Assembly (NCBI GenBank): GCA_040264895.1
Contig: JBDQHL010000004.1
Location: forward strand, 1 to 58,366
Direction of reading: 5' to 3'
DNA length: 58,366 nt
Origin: Bacteroidota bacterium
Lineage (GTDB): Bacteria; Bacteroidota; Ignavibacteria; Kapaibacteriales; UBA2268
Of the stretch, positions 1 through 8,785 are shown piece after piece. How positions within the stretch are numbered: position 1 is the stretch's first letter; each line of letters begins with the position of its first letter. Made by a program: the position numbers and the translations under genes. The notes under the pieces were generated by a model. That model saw only the letters and a list, made by a program, of their open reading frames with translations, searched no databases and was not told the origin of the DNA.

Positions 1-1569
1 AAGCAAGATTCGAGTGGTGGACTGACTTTCGATGCCACTGGTGCAGAGAATTACACAACGATATTGGCTATTTCTCCAAGCTCATTGGACGACAAAATGA
101 TATGGGTAACGACAGATGACGGTAAGATTCAGCTGACTACGAATGACGGTGAAAGTTGGACTGATGTGACAAACGGATTGGGTGGTGCTGCTGAGGGCTC
201 TTGGTTGCCACAGGTTAAGCTATCTGTTTATGATAAAGCTGAATGTTTTGTTGTGGCGAATGATTATCGCCGTAATAATTGGGAACCATACTTGCTACAC
301 ACAACTAACTCTGGTCAGAGTTGGACAAACTTAGTGAAAGGCAAGGGCATTGGATCTTATGTTTTATCGTTTATTCAAGACCCAATAGAACCGAACCTGA
401 TGTTCTTAGGTACGGAGTTCGGACTTTTTATTAGCTTTGACAGAGGTGAAAACTGGCAGAAATGGACGGAAGGCTACCCAAGCGTATCGACTATGGATAT
501 GGCGATACAAGAGCGAGAAAATGACTTAGTCATAGGGACTTTTGGTAGAGCTGTTTGGATATTCGATGACATAACACCACTGAGAGAAATAGCTGCAGAC
601 GGAGAAGAGTCTTTGGAAAAACCATTGACATTATTCCCTGTTAATACCTCTTATATGGTAGCTAAAAAGCAACCGTCGGGATCACGGTTTGGTGGAAAGG
701 CAATGTTCGATGGTACGAATGAGCCAACAGGGGCACGCTTTACTTTCTACATAAACAAGCCTAAAAAAGACAAAAAGAAAAAAGATAACAACGACAAAGT
801 AAAAGAAAAAACAGAAAACGAAGACAAACCATCATCAGATTCACTGGCTATTAGAATATATGATAGTATTGGTAATGAAGTTAGAACTATGTACACAAAG
901 GTAGATACATCACTTCAGAGAATGTATTGGAACTATAGTACAAATGGCATACGTAACCCTGGTTCTAAAAAGCCTAAGAACAAGCGAACTCCTCCTAGTG
1001 GTAGACAAGTTTTACCAGGTGATTACAAGGTTGTATTTGAGTATATGAATAGCAAAGACTCTTCGGAATTTGAAGTGAAGTACGACCCAAGAATTGAGTA
1101 CGATATAGCTGATATGCAACAAAGAAATAAGCTATTTGAGTATATGAATAGCAACGTAGTGCAAGCAACAGAAGCCATGGATAAGATAAATGAAGTGGAA
1201 GAGCGTATTTCAATTTATGAAAAACTATTTGAAGCAAATGAAGATTTGGAATTAAATAGCATAAAGAAAGATATGAAAGCTTTGAAAGATAGCATAGAGT
1301 CAATCCGTGGATATTTAAGGGGCAAATCTGGACTAAAAGGTATTGTTAGACGTAATACTAGCTACAATCAGATTATGAATTATGCTGGGTATTATATTTC
1401 TTCTGGAATGGAAGAGCCAAATAGCTCACACAAATTGATGGCAGACAGAGTCGAGCGTATGTCTGATGTGATAGTTGACAAGGTGGAAATTTTCCTAAGT
1501 GAAGAGTGGAAACCACTACAATCAGAAATAGAGAAATTAGATTTTAAATTGTTTGAAAAAATAGAATAA
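1..1569 (+). CDS. BNR/Asp-box repeat (sortilin/VPS10-like) secreted protein, 5' end cut by window edge
   Basis: Frame 1 is open from base 1, with no stop before the first ATG at 64, so the gene is truncated by the window. It has repeated Asp-box-like motifs (TNDGESWTDV, TNSGQSWTNL, FDRGENWQKW), a Lys/Asp-rich low-complexity linker (KPKKDKKKKDNNDK) and a helical C-terminal part. Confidence 0.6.
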   Translation, partial: KQDSSGGLTFDATGAENYTTILAISPSSLDDKMIWVTTDDGKIQLTTNDGESWTDVTNGLGGAAEGSWLPQVKLSVYDKAECFVVANDYRRNNWEPYLLHTTNSGQSWTNLVKGKGIGSYVLSFIQDPIEPNLMFLGTEFGLFISFDRGENWQKWTEGYPSVSTMDMAIQERENDLVIGTFGRAVWIFDDITPLREIAADGEESLEKPLTLFPVNTSYMVAKKQPSGSRFGGKAMFDGTNEPTGARFTFYINKPKKDKKKKDNNDKVKEKTENEDKPSSDSLAIRIYDSIGNEVRTMYTKVDTSLQRMYWNYSTNGIRNPGSKKPKNKRTPPSGRQVLPGDYKVVFEYMNSKDSSEFEVKYDPRIEYDIADMQQRNKLFEYMNSNVVQATEAMDKINEVEERISIYEKLFEANEDLELNSIKKDMKALKDSIESIRGYLRGKSGLKGIVRRNTSYNQIMNYAGYYISSGMEEPNSSHKLMADRVERMSDVIVDKVEIFLSEEWKPLQSEIEKLDFKLFEKIE

Positions 1570-1582
1570 AAGAGAAGTAAAA

Positions 1583-2788
1583 ATGAAAAATGCTTATATA
1601 GTTGATTCAATCAGAACGCCAGTTGGAAAGTTCAAAGGCACTTTGGCTGCCGTAAGACCAGATGATATGGCTGCAATGACTATAGCAGAATTAGTAAAAA
1701 GAAATCCAAGCTTAGACACAAGCACAATAGGTGATGTGATATTAGGCAATGCCAACGGAGCTGGCGAAGAGAACCGCAACGTAGCACGTATGTCACTACT
1801 TTTGGCTGGGCTACCACAGACGGTACCAGGCGAAACGGTTAATCGACTTTGCTCTTCGGGTTTGGCTTCGGCTATTCACGCTACTAGAGCACTGAAGCTA
1901 TCCGATGAGGATGTTATGGTTGCTGGTGGAGTAGAAAGTATGTCTCGTGCACCTTACGTTATGTCAAAGTCAGCACAGCCATGGGGCAATGATGCTCAGA
2001 TGTTTGACTCTGCTTTCGGTTGGAGATTCGTAAACAAGAAACTACACGATATGTACGGTACGGATGGAATGGGCGTAACTGCTGAGAATTTAGTAGAAAA
2101 ATATGGTATAAGCCGCGAAGATCAAGATAGGTTCGCTGCTTGGTCACAGCAAAAAGCAGCTGCCGCAACTGAAAATGGTCGCCTTGCAAAAGAGATAATG
2201 CCAGTAGAAATACCACAGAGAAAGAAAGACCCAATCATATTCGATAAAGATGAGTTTATCCGTCCTGGTACAACGGCGGATGTATTGGGTAAGCTAAGAC
2301 CTGCCTTCAAAAAAGACGGCTCAGTTACAGCTGGGAATAGCTCAGGTCTGAATGATGGTGCTTGTTCGGTGCTATTAGCAAACGAAGATGGACTAGAGAA
2401 AAACGGACTAACTGCAAAAGCGAAGATTATCTCATCGGCAGTGGTTGGTGTAGAGCCAAGAATAATGGGTATAGGCCCAGTAGAGGCTTCGAACCAAGCA
2501 ATAGCGAAAGCAGGACTAACAATGGACGATATGGACATAATAGAGCTGAATGAAGCATTTGCTGCTCAATCACTTGCCTGCACAAGACAATGGGGCTTAG
2601 CTGATGACGACCCAAGGTTGAACCCCAATGGTGGTGCAATAGCTATTGGTCACCCACTCGGTATGACTGGTGCAAGATTGCTCGGCACAGCTATGTATGA
2701 ACTAATTGAGCAAGACAAAGAGTTCGGTTTAGTTACTATGTGCGTTGGCGTTGGCCAGGGTTATGCCGCTGTTATTCAAAGGGTGTGA
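1583..2788 (+). CDS. acetyl-CoA C-acyltransferase / 3-ketoacyl-CoA thiolase
   Basis: 401 aa with thiolase hallmarks: NRLCSSGL (nucleophilic Cys), NEAFAAQ, GGAIAIGHPLGMTGARL, and CVGVGQG near the C-terminus. Confidence 0.9.
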   Translation: MKNAYIVDSIRTPVGKFKGTLAAVRPDDMAAMTIAELVKRNPSLDTSTIGDVILGNANGAGEENRNVARMSLLLAGLPQTVPGETVNRLCSSGLASAIHATRALKLSDEDVMVAGGVESMSRAPYVMSKSAQPWGNDAQMFDSAFGWRFVNKKLHDMYGTDGMGVTAENLVEKYGISREDQDRFAAWSQQKAAAATENGRLAKEIMPVEIPQRKKDPIIFDKDEFIRPGTTADVLGKLRPAFKKDGSVTAGNSSGLNDGACSVLLANEDGLEKNGLTAKAKIISSAVVGVEPRIMGIGPVEASNQAIAKAGLTMDDMDIIELNEAFAAQSLACTRQWGLADDDPRLNPNGGAIAIGHPLGMTGARLLGTAMYELIEQDKEFGLVTMCVGVGQGYAAVIQRV

Positions 2789-2816
2789 TAAGGTTAGTAA
2801 AAGTATACTTTTAATG

Positions 2817-2846
2817 AAAAAGCCACCTTACAGGTGGCTTTTTTTA
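2817..2846. terminator. bidirectional rho-independent terminator between convergent genes
   Basis: Perfect 7-bp stem AGCCACC(2821-2827)/GGTGGCT(2833-2839) with a 5-nt loop. It is flanked by an A-run upstream and a T6 run downstream. Confidence 0.7.
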
Positions 2847-2851
2847 TCTCT

Positions 2852-3181
2852 CTAAGGTACAGGTAAAGAATTATTATATGCTTTGAATCTGCCTGTCATA
2901 GATTCACTTCTGTCACACTCATCATCGACAAGAATGAATTCAACTTCATCGCCACTAAATTCTATATTATTACCTTCCTGAGTATATACATAGTATTCTT
3001 CATCAGAATTAAAATTAATTATAAATACTACAGTTTCTTCTGTACTATTCCCAAAATTTTCAAAGACATCATCAAATTCTTTATACCATGCCCCAATTAT
3101 TGAATCATTACTTGGACTAGTAGAGTCCTCGTTACAACTAACTAATAGTAATGCAAAAAGCAGCAAAATGAAATTTCTCAT
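2852..3181 (-). CDS. small lipoprotein, unknown function
   Basis: 109 aa. Signal peptide with lipobox LLVSC, followed by an acidic Asp/Glu-rich mature part. No family recognised. Confidence 0.5.
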   Translation of the reverse strand: MRNFILLLFALLLVSCNEDSTSPSNDSIIGAWYKEFDDVFENFGNSTEETVVFIINFNSDEEYYVYTQEGNNIEFSGDEVEFILVDDECDRSESMTGRFKAYNNSLPVP

Positions 3182-3629
3182 TATAAACCCTATATGATAA
3201 TTTAAAAATACAATTATGCTAGAGTAAACTAATTCTTATAAATCACAAAAAATATTATATAATGTATGTGACCATTAAACTTGTCGAAATGCCATCTTTA
3301 TATCAATTAAGGATGATGTATCGTTCAGAGCGGGTGTAGCACGTCTATCTGAAAGGAGATTACTGCACCTTGCTTGTAATGAGGGTTGCTCACCCACTTC
3401 TGTCACTCAGAGCGTAGCGAAGAGTCCAGTTATAGTATAACTACAGATATTCAACCCCTAAAGGAGTTGGTTTGTCAGTCAAACAATCGATAAATTAAAA
3501 AAAGGCTTTCACGGCCCTTTTTTTGTTATATTTGAAAGAGTTTTTAATATCTAGAAATAAAGAAATCAAAGATTATGCAGAATCAGAAAAGTGGAAAGAT
3601 GTTTTGGGGGAATGATATTACCCCACAAT

Positions 3630-4610
3630 TCACTCAAAAACGATAATACCACCACTATCTATCTCAATATTGATTTCCTCATAGTCATAGCTAACTTGTG
3701 AATATAGCTTTATCACAGAGCCATGGCACTCTATTTCATACAAATAGCCATTGCCTACAAATCGTTTGTTTGTAATTTTTGCAGGTTGGCCTTCTTCTTT
3801 GAATCTGACACTGTTTGTTGGAATGCAGATTCTATTAGCGTTGCAGTTTATCGCTTCAAAAAAATGTTGGTTGTCGTTTCTTTCTAGTATTGTTGACTCA
3901 GAGAAGTAATTTGCAGAGTGCTCGTTTATTGGTTTGTTATATAGCTCCTCGGGATTTCCTTCGGCTGCTATTTTGCCACCATCTAATAATATCACTTTAT
4001 CAGCCAAATCGAATGAGTCTTCGGCGTCGTGGGTAATCATGATAGTCGGTATTTGCTCTTTGTCTAGTATGGACTTCAAGTCTTCTTTCAGCTTTTCCTT
4101 GGTACTTTTATCTAAGTTACTGAAGGGTTCGTCTAACAATAATAATTTGGGTTTAGCCGCCAGAGTTCTAATGATTGAAATCCTTTGCTTTTCTCCACCG
4201 GATAGCTCGTGTGGGTAGTTCTTTAGCTTGCTTTCTAGTCCGAGCATTGATAGGTAGTCTAATGCTATTTCTTTTTTTCTACCCTTATTTTCGTCTGATA
4301 TTCCAAAAGTTATATTTTGTAATATGTTGAGGTGTGGAAATAGAGTGTGGTTCTGAAACACATAGCCAAAATGTCTGTCCTCTGGTTTGGTATAATCACT
4401 AGAAGAGTTGACCTTTTTACCAGCTATTTCTACTTCACCACTATTTGGAATTTCTAGTCCAGCTATAATTCTTAAAATTGTGGTTTTGCCACTACCAGAT
4501 TTGCCAACTAAGGCAACTCTTTTGCTATTCGACATAGTGAATGAAACACCATGAAGAACTTCTGTGTTACCAAAGCTTTTTACTATATTTTTGACTGAAA
4601 AGTAGCTCAT
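3630..4610 (-). CDS. ABC transporter ATP-binding protein (FbpC/PotA-like, with C-terminal regulatory/TOBE-like extension)
   Basis: Walker A GKSGSGKTT, ABC signature LSGGEKQR, Walker B LLLLDEP and H-loop ITHD. Its start overlaps the stop of the upstream permease by 4 nt. Confidence 0.9.
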   Translation of the reverse strand: MSYFSVKNIVKSFGNTEVLHGVSFTMSNSKRVALVGKSGSGKTTILRIIAGLEIPNSGEVEIAGKKVNSSSDYTKPEDRHFGYVFQNHTLFPHLNILQNITFGISDENKGRKKEIALDYLSMLGLESKLKNYPHELSGGEKQRISIIRTLAAKPKLLLLDEPFSNLDKSTKEKLKEDLKSILDKEQIPTIMITHDAEDSFDLADKVILLDGGKIAAEGNPEELYNKPINEHSANYFSESTILERNDNQHFFEAINCNANRICIPTNSVRFKEEGQPAKITNKRFVGNGYLYEIECHGSVIKLYSQVSYDYEEINIEIDSGGIIVFE

Positions 4611-6148
4611 ACTTTCTTCTTCGATTTAACTAATAGAAAAATTGGAATCATTGATATTATTACTATTGTAAGTGAATAAAGAGACGCCTCTTTTACCATT
4701 TCATTTTTAGCATACTGATATGCTATTGTAGCTACGGTGTCATAATCAAAGGGGCGCAGTATTAATGTTAATGGCAATTCTTTCAGCACTTCTACAAATG
4801 TAACTAAAAGTCCTGTTAATACTGCTGGTTTTATTATATTCCATTCTACCTTCCTGAAAGTGTTGAAATCAGAATAACCCATTAGCTTAGCAGATTCGTA
4901 GGAATTTGTTCCATTCTTATCGGATAGAGACTTGATTGGTGAATAACCAGTCGCCATAAATCTGATATTATAAGCATAGATAAGCACGAATACAGAGCCA
5001 AAAGCAAACAACCCAAAAGTATCATTTATTCCTGATAGGAAATAGAGCATTGAAACCGCAATTATTGCTCCTGGTATCGCATAACCAACAGTTGCAAGTG
5101 AAAGTAGTTTTTTAACAGTCATAAATTTATTTGTTCGCTCGCTATAAACAATAGATATAGAAATAATTACAACTGTTATGGCAGTAATAACTGAAAGTAT
5201 TGCAGTATTGCTAACCGCTGATAGATAATAAGGAATATCAATTTTCGAAATATTATCAATAGCATTATAAACTAACTTCATTATAGGAATTATAAAACCT
5301 ATTAAAACTGGAATAGTGCAGGTGAGCAATACTCCCCACTTCTTCCATCCAGTTATATTTTGTAAATCACTCGGAGGATTGTTGCCCTCTTCATAATACT
5401 TAGCTCTTCTACGGAATAGTTTTTCTATGTAAATGAAAACAAATGCTACAGCAAATAGGAGTAATGCCAAGCGAAGTGCAGTTGGCAAATCATTCATTCC
5501 GAACCAAGTTCTGAAAACCCCTGTAGTGAAGGTTTGGACACCAAAGTAATCCATAGCACCATAGTCATTCAGTAATTCCATATTGACTAAGAATAGCCCT
5601 GAAGCGATAGCAGGTCGTGACAATGTTAGTGCCACCTTTGTGAAAACAGATGCCTTGCTCTTGCCTAATAATTGAGCTGATTCGATAAAGTTTCTGTTAC
5701 TATTTTCAAAAGAATCCAATGCCGTAAGATAGACATAGGGGTAGAGAACAGAAGAAAGTATTGGTATAAGATAGTATATCTTAAAAATGTCAAAGTATAT
5801 GGAGCTAATTTCTAACCCAAATAGGCTATAAAAAATAGAGTAGAATTCACCACCGAAACTAAATATATCGCCATAGATGAATGCTATGATATAAGTAGGA
5901 ATTGAGAGTGGTAGCACCATTGCCCACCTAACAATATTTGACATTGGGAATTTATAATTAGCGATTATCCATGCTGGAATAACCGAAAAGACTAATGTGA
6001 AAATTGAGACACCCAAGGCCAAAATAGTGGTGTTGTAAGTGTATTGCCATATTAATCCATCAAATATATAATCCCAGCCACTACCTGGCTGTTGGCCTAC
6101 AGACAAAAATATGCTAGATAGGGGCAAAAGTATAGCTATTGCGAACAA
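4607..6148 (-). CDS. ABC transporter permease, fused double-TMD type (FbpB / iron(III)- or thiamine-type importer)
   Basis: 513 aa with about 12 predicted TM helices in two repeated halves. It is translationally coupled to the ATPase. The called start is a TTG, and the frame stays open 34 codons further upstream (to about 6250) without an ATG/GTG/TTG, so the true 5' end is uncertain. Confidence 0.8.
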   Translation of the reverse strand: MFAIAILLPLSSIFLSVGQQPGSGWDYIFDGLIWQYTYNTTILALGVSIFTLVFSVIPAWIIANYKFPMSNIVRWAMVLPLSIPTYIIAFIYGDIFSFGGEFYSIFYSLFGLEISSIYFDIFKIYYLIPILSSVLYPYVYLTALDSFENSNRNFIESAQLLGKSKASVFTKVALTLSRPAIASGLFLVNMELLNDYGAMDYFGVQTFTTGVFRTWFGMNDLPTALRLALLLFAVAFVFIYIEKLFRRRAKYYEEGNNPPSDLQNITGWKKWGVLLTCTIPVLIGFIIPIMKLVYNAIDNISKIDIPYYLSAVSNTAILSVITAITVVIISISIVYSERTNKFMTVKKLLSLATVGYAIPGAIIAVSMLYFLSGINDTFGLFAFGSVFVLIYAYNIRFMATGYSPIKSLSDKNGTNSYESAKLMGYSDFNTFRKVEWNIIKPAVLTGLLVTFVEVLKELPLTLILRPFDYDTVATIAYQYAKNEMVKEASLYSLTIVIISMIPIFLLVKSKKKV

Positions 6149-6399
6149 TACTGAGCTAATTAACCATAGCTTTGGCGATGCTTTCCATCTGATTTTTATA
6201 TCTGAGATTATATTTTTAGTGATATTATTATCGAAAATTATGACTTAATTACAGCACAAATTTACATTAATAACAGAAACTAATCTAATTGCTAAAATTA
6301 AATGAATTATGAATAAAAAGTTAATTTTCTAAAGAAAATTTAAAAAAAGATGAATTTGATTTTTATTTAATAAAATAATTTTTATCTTGTAATTAAACT

Positions 6400-6987
6400 T
6401 TGGCACAATTATTTCTAAGGGTTGGCGATTTTGTGAAAAAAATAGACAATGTTTTAGTAGATTTAGAAGTACTAAATGCTCGCTTTGCCTGCGACATAGT
6501 CAAATGCAAGGGTGCTTGTTGTACTTTTGAAGGCGACCACGGGGCTCCAGTTTTAGAAGAAGAAGTCGAAGAGATGGAAAGGAACTATGAAGCAGCTAAA
6601 AAATATCTTGATAAAAGGTCAATTGATATTATTGAAAGAGATGGCTTCATAGAAGAAAAAGAAGATGGAAAATACACCAGATGTATAGAACACAAAGATT
6701 GTGTTTTTGTTTACTATGGTGACGACGACATAGCCAAATGTGCTATTGAAAAAGCATATCACAATGGCGAATCTTCTTTCAGAAAGCCAGTTTCCTGCCA
6801 CTTATACCCAATTAGGGTCGGTGATTTTGGAGGCGATTACTTGTATTACGATAGAATAAAGGAATGCAAGCCAGGTAGATTGAATGGAAGAGCTAACGAC
6901 ATACACCTTGCCGATAGTGTGAAAGAAGCATTGGAAAGAAGATTTGGCAAGGAATGGACAAGCAAATTTTTAGAACAAGTTAAATAA
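6400..6987 (+). CDS. Cys-rich DUF3109-like protein
   Basis: The motif FACDIVKCKGACCTFEGDHGAP and further conserved Cys/His residues resemble the DUF3109 family common in Bacteroidota. The more likely start is GTG at 6433 (MKKIDNVL...). Confidence 0.55.
   Translation: MAQLFLRVGDFVKKIDNVLVDLEVLNARFACDIVKCKGACCTFEGDHGAPVLEEEVEEMERNYEAAKKYLDKRSIDIIERDGFIEEKEDGKYTRCIEHKDCVFVYYGDDDIAKCAIEKAYHNGESSFRKPVSCHLYPIRVGDFGGDYLYYDRIKECKPGRLNGRANDIHLADSVKEALERRFGKEWTSKFLEQVK
6401..6416 (+). promoter_or_regulatory. sigma-54-like -24/-12 motif (TGGCAC-N5-TTTCT)
   Basis: TGGCAC at 6401-6406, a 5-nt spacer, then TTTCT. This is one mismatch from the consensus TGGCAC-N5-TTGCW, at the -12 G. It lies just upstream of the probable GTG start of the DUF3109-like gene that precedes rpoN. 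Confidence 0.2.
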
Positions 6988-7003
6988 TATATGGGGGAAT
7001 ATA

Positions 7004-8785
7004 TTGAAACTTGGATTAAACATGAAAACGAGTCTCTCGCAGACTCTAACGCCGCAGCAGATACAATATCTTAAGTTGCTACAACTGCCTTTGGTGCAGC
7101 TGGAACAACATGTACAGCAAGAGATAGAAGCAAACCCGATGTTAGAAGAATCTTCTTTCGATGAGGATGACTTCGAAGAAATAGAAATAACTCATAATAA
7201 CAGTGATGATGACAACAGCTCAGTTAGGGAAGAGTTGCAGAATAGACCAGAGGAAGCAAAACAGTTTGATGAAAGTAACGACCCTTTTGAGTTTCAAAAG
7301 CTCATGTGGGACGGAACTAAAGACACTGACAGAAATCCTAATTATTCGGCCGATGATTACGACGACGATCAGGATATGCCATTCAAATCTAACACCTCTG
7401 AGTCTGAAAGCTTGGTGTCACAATTGCGATTGCTTAACTTTACCAAAGAAGAATACCTATTAGGTGAGCAAATAATTGGTAATGTTGATAACGATGGTTA
7501 CTTACGACGCGACATGCAAGAGATAGTGGGTGAGACAAACCAAAGAATCGCTGAGCTGAACTTTCACTTAGAGCAAGAGTATAACAAATCTAAAACTAAT
7601 GGCACTGTACAGAAGAATGAGTACACAAACCCCGCATTAGAATATGCTTTAGATGCTTCAGAAAGAGATTATATTAGAACCTCTGATACGAATGAAGAGA
7701 AAGAGGAATCTAATGATGATGTTATTCTTATTAGCGAAGTACTAAATGACGAGACAAGTGAAAATGGAACAGTAGAAAGCAAAGAAGAAAATAATTTTAT
7801 CCCCGTAAAAAACAAAGAACTTTTCGATACTTTTGATGATGTAACGTTAGAACAAGCTGAGAATTTACTTTATTATATTCAACATTTAGATCCTCCTGGT
7901 ATTGGTTCTCGTTCAGTACAAGAGTGTTTGCTTTCTCAATTGGATAACAAATTAGACCCTACTGAATATGAAGATTTAGCATTCGAGATACTTCGTGATT
8001 ACTATGAACAGTTCACAAAGAAGCATTACAAAGCTATAATGAAAGAGCTTTCAATCGGCGAAGAAAGCCTAAAGAAAGTATTAGATGTTATACGTGGTTT
8101 GAACCCCAAACCAGGTGGACACGATTTCCAAAATGAAATTAATACTGTCACCCCTGATTACATGGTTAAAAGAGAGGATGAGACAGGTGAATTGTTAATC
8201 TCACTTAATGATAATACCATTCCTGAATTACGATTGAACAAAGCTTACGAAAAAATGCGTAAGGAAGTGAAGTACAGAAAATACAATCAGGAAACTAGAG
8301 ATTGGATAAGGAAAAAATATGATGACGCTAAGTTTTTGATTCAAGCTATAAAGCAAAGAAAACATACAATGCTTTTGGTGATGACAGCCATAGCTCATTT
8401 ACAAAAAGATTTCTTCGATGTAGGCGAAATGGGAATAAAACCATTGATATACAAAACTGTCGCAGAAGAAACTGGCTTAGATATTTCTACTGTTTGCCGA
8501 ATAGTAAATGGGAAATATGTAAGATCAGATTTCGGTACATTCGAACTAAAATATTTCTTTAGTGAATCACTACCAAATGATGAAGGCGAAGAAGTTTCTA
8601 CAAGAATAATAAAGCAAAAGCTAAAAGAAGTAATTGAAGAAGAGAACAAACAAAAGCCATATAGTGACCAAAAGCTAAGCACTCTTATGAAGGATCACGG
8701 TTTCAATGTAGCAAGAAGGACAATAGCCAAATATAGGGAACAATTAAAAATACCAGTCGCGAGACTTAGGAAAGAACTGTTATGA
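7004..8785 (+). CDS. rpoN: RNA polymerase sigma-54 factor with expanded acidic region II
   Basis: N-terminal region I (SLSQTLTPQQIQYLKLLQLP), a core-binding region, a C-terminal HTH, and the RpoN box ARRTIAKYREQL. The likely true start is ATG at 7022 (MKTSLSQ). Confidence 0.95.
   Translation: MKLGLNMKTSLSQTLTPQQIQYLKLLQLPLVQLEQHVQQEIEANPMLEESSFDEDDFEEIEITHNNSDDDNSSVREELQNRPEEAKQFDESNDPFEFQKLMWDGTKDTDRNPNYSADDYDDDQDMPFKSNTSESESLVSQLRLLNFTKEEYLLGEQIIGNVDNDGYLRRDMQEIVGETNQRIAELNFHLEQEYNKSKTNGTVQKNEYTNPALEYALDASERDYIRTSDTNEEKEESNDDVILISEVLNDETSENGTVESKEENNFIPVKNKELFDTFDDVTLEQAENLLYYIQHLDPPGIGSRSVQECLLSQLDNKLDPTEYEDLAFEILRDYYEQFTKKHYKAIMKELSIGEESLKKVLDVIRGLNPKPGGHDFQNEINTVTPDYMVKREDETGELLISLNDNTIPELRLNKAYEKMRKEVKYRKYNQETRDWIRKKYDDAKFLIQAIKQRKHTMLLVMTAIAHLQKDFFDVGEMGIKPLIYKTVAEETGLDISTVCRIVNGKYVRSDFGTFELKYFFSESLPNDEGEEVSTRIIKQKLKEVIEEENKQKPYSDQKLSTLMKDHGFNVARRTIAKYREQLKIPVARLRKELL

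Noticed and set aside
2122-2538. 138-aa antisense ORF inside the thiolase gene. Similar shadow ORFs occur at 3934-4218, 23781-24263, 29691-30110, 38753-39067, 40997-41359, 54223-54651 and 55570-55890.
   Set aside because: In each case the opposite strand encodes a protein with strong family signatures, and the shadow ORFs have biased composition and no recognisable motifs.
6221-6238. Fur-box-like hexamer array GATATT-ATTATC-GAAAAT upstream of the iron-type ABC permease
   Set aside because: It matches the GATAAT repeat model only loosely, sits in extremely AT-rich DNA where such matches are expected by chance, and falls inside the upstream open extension of the permease reading frame.
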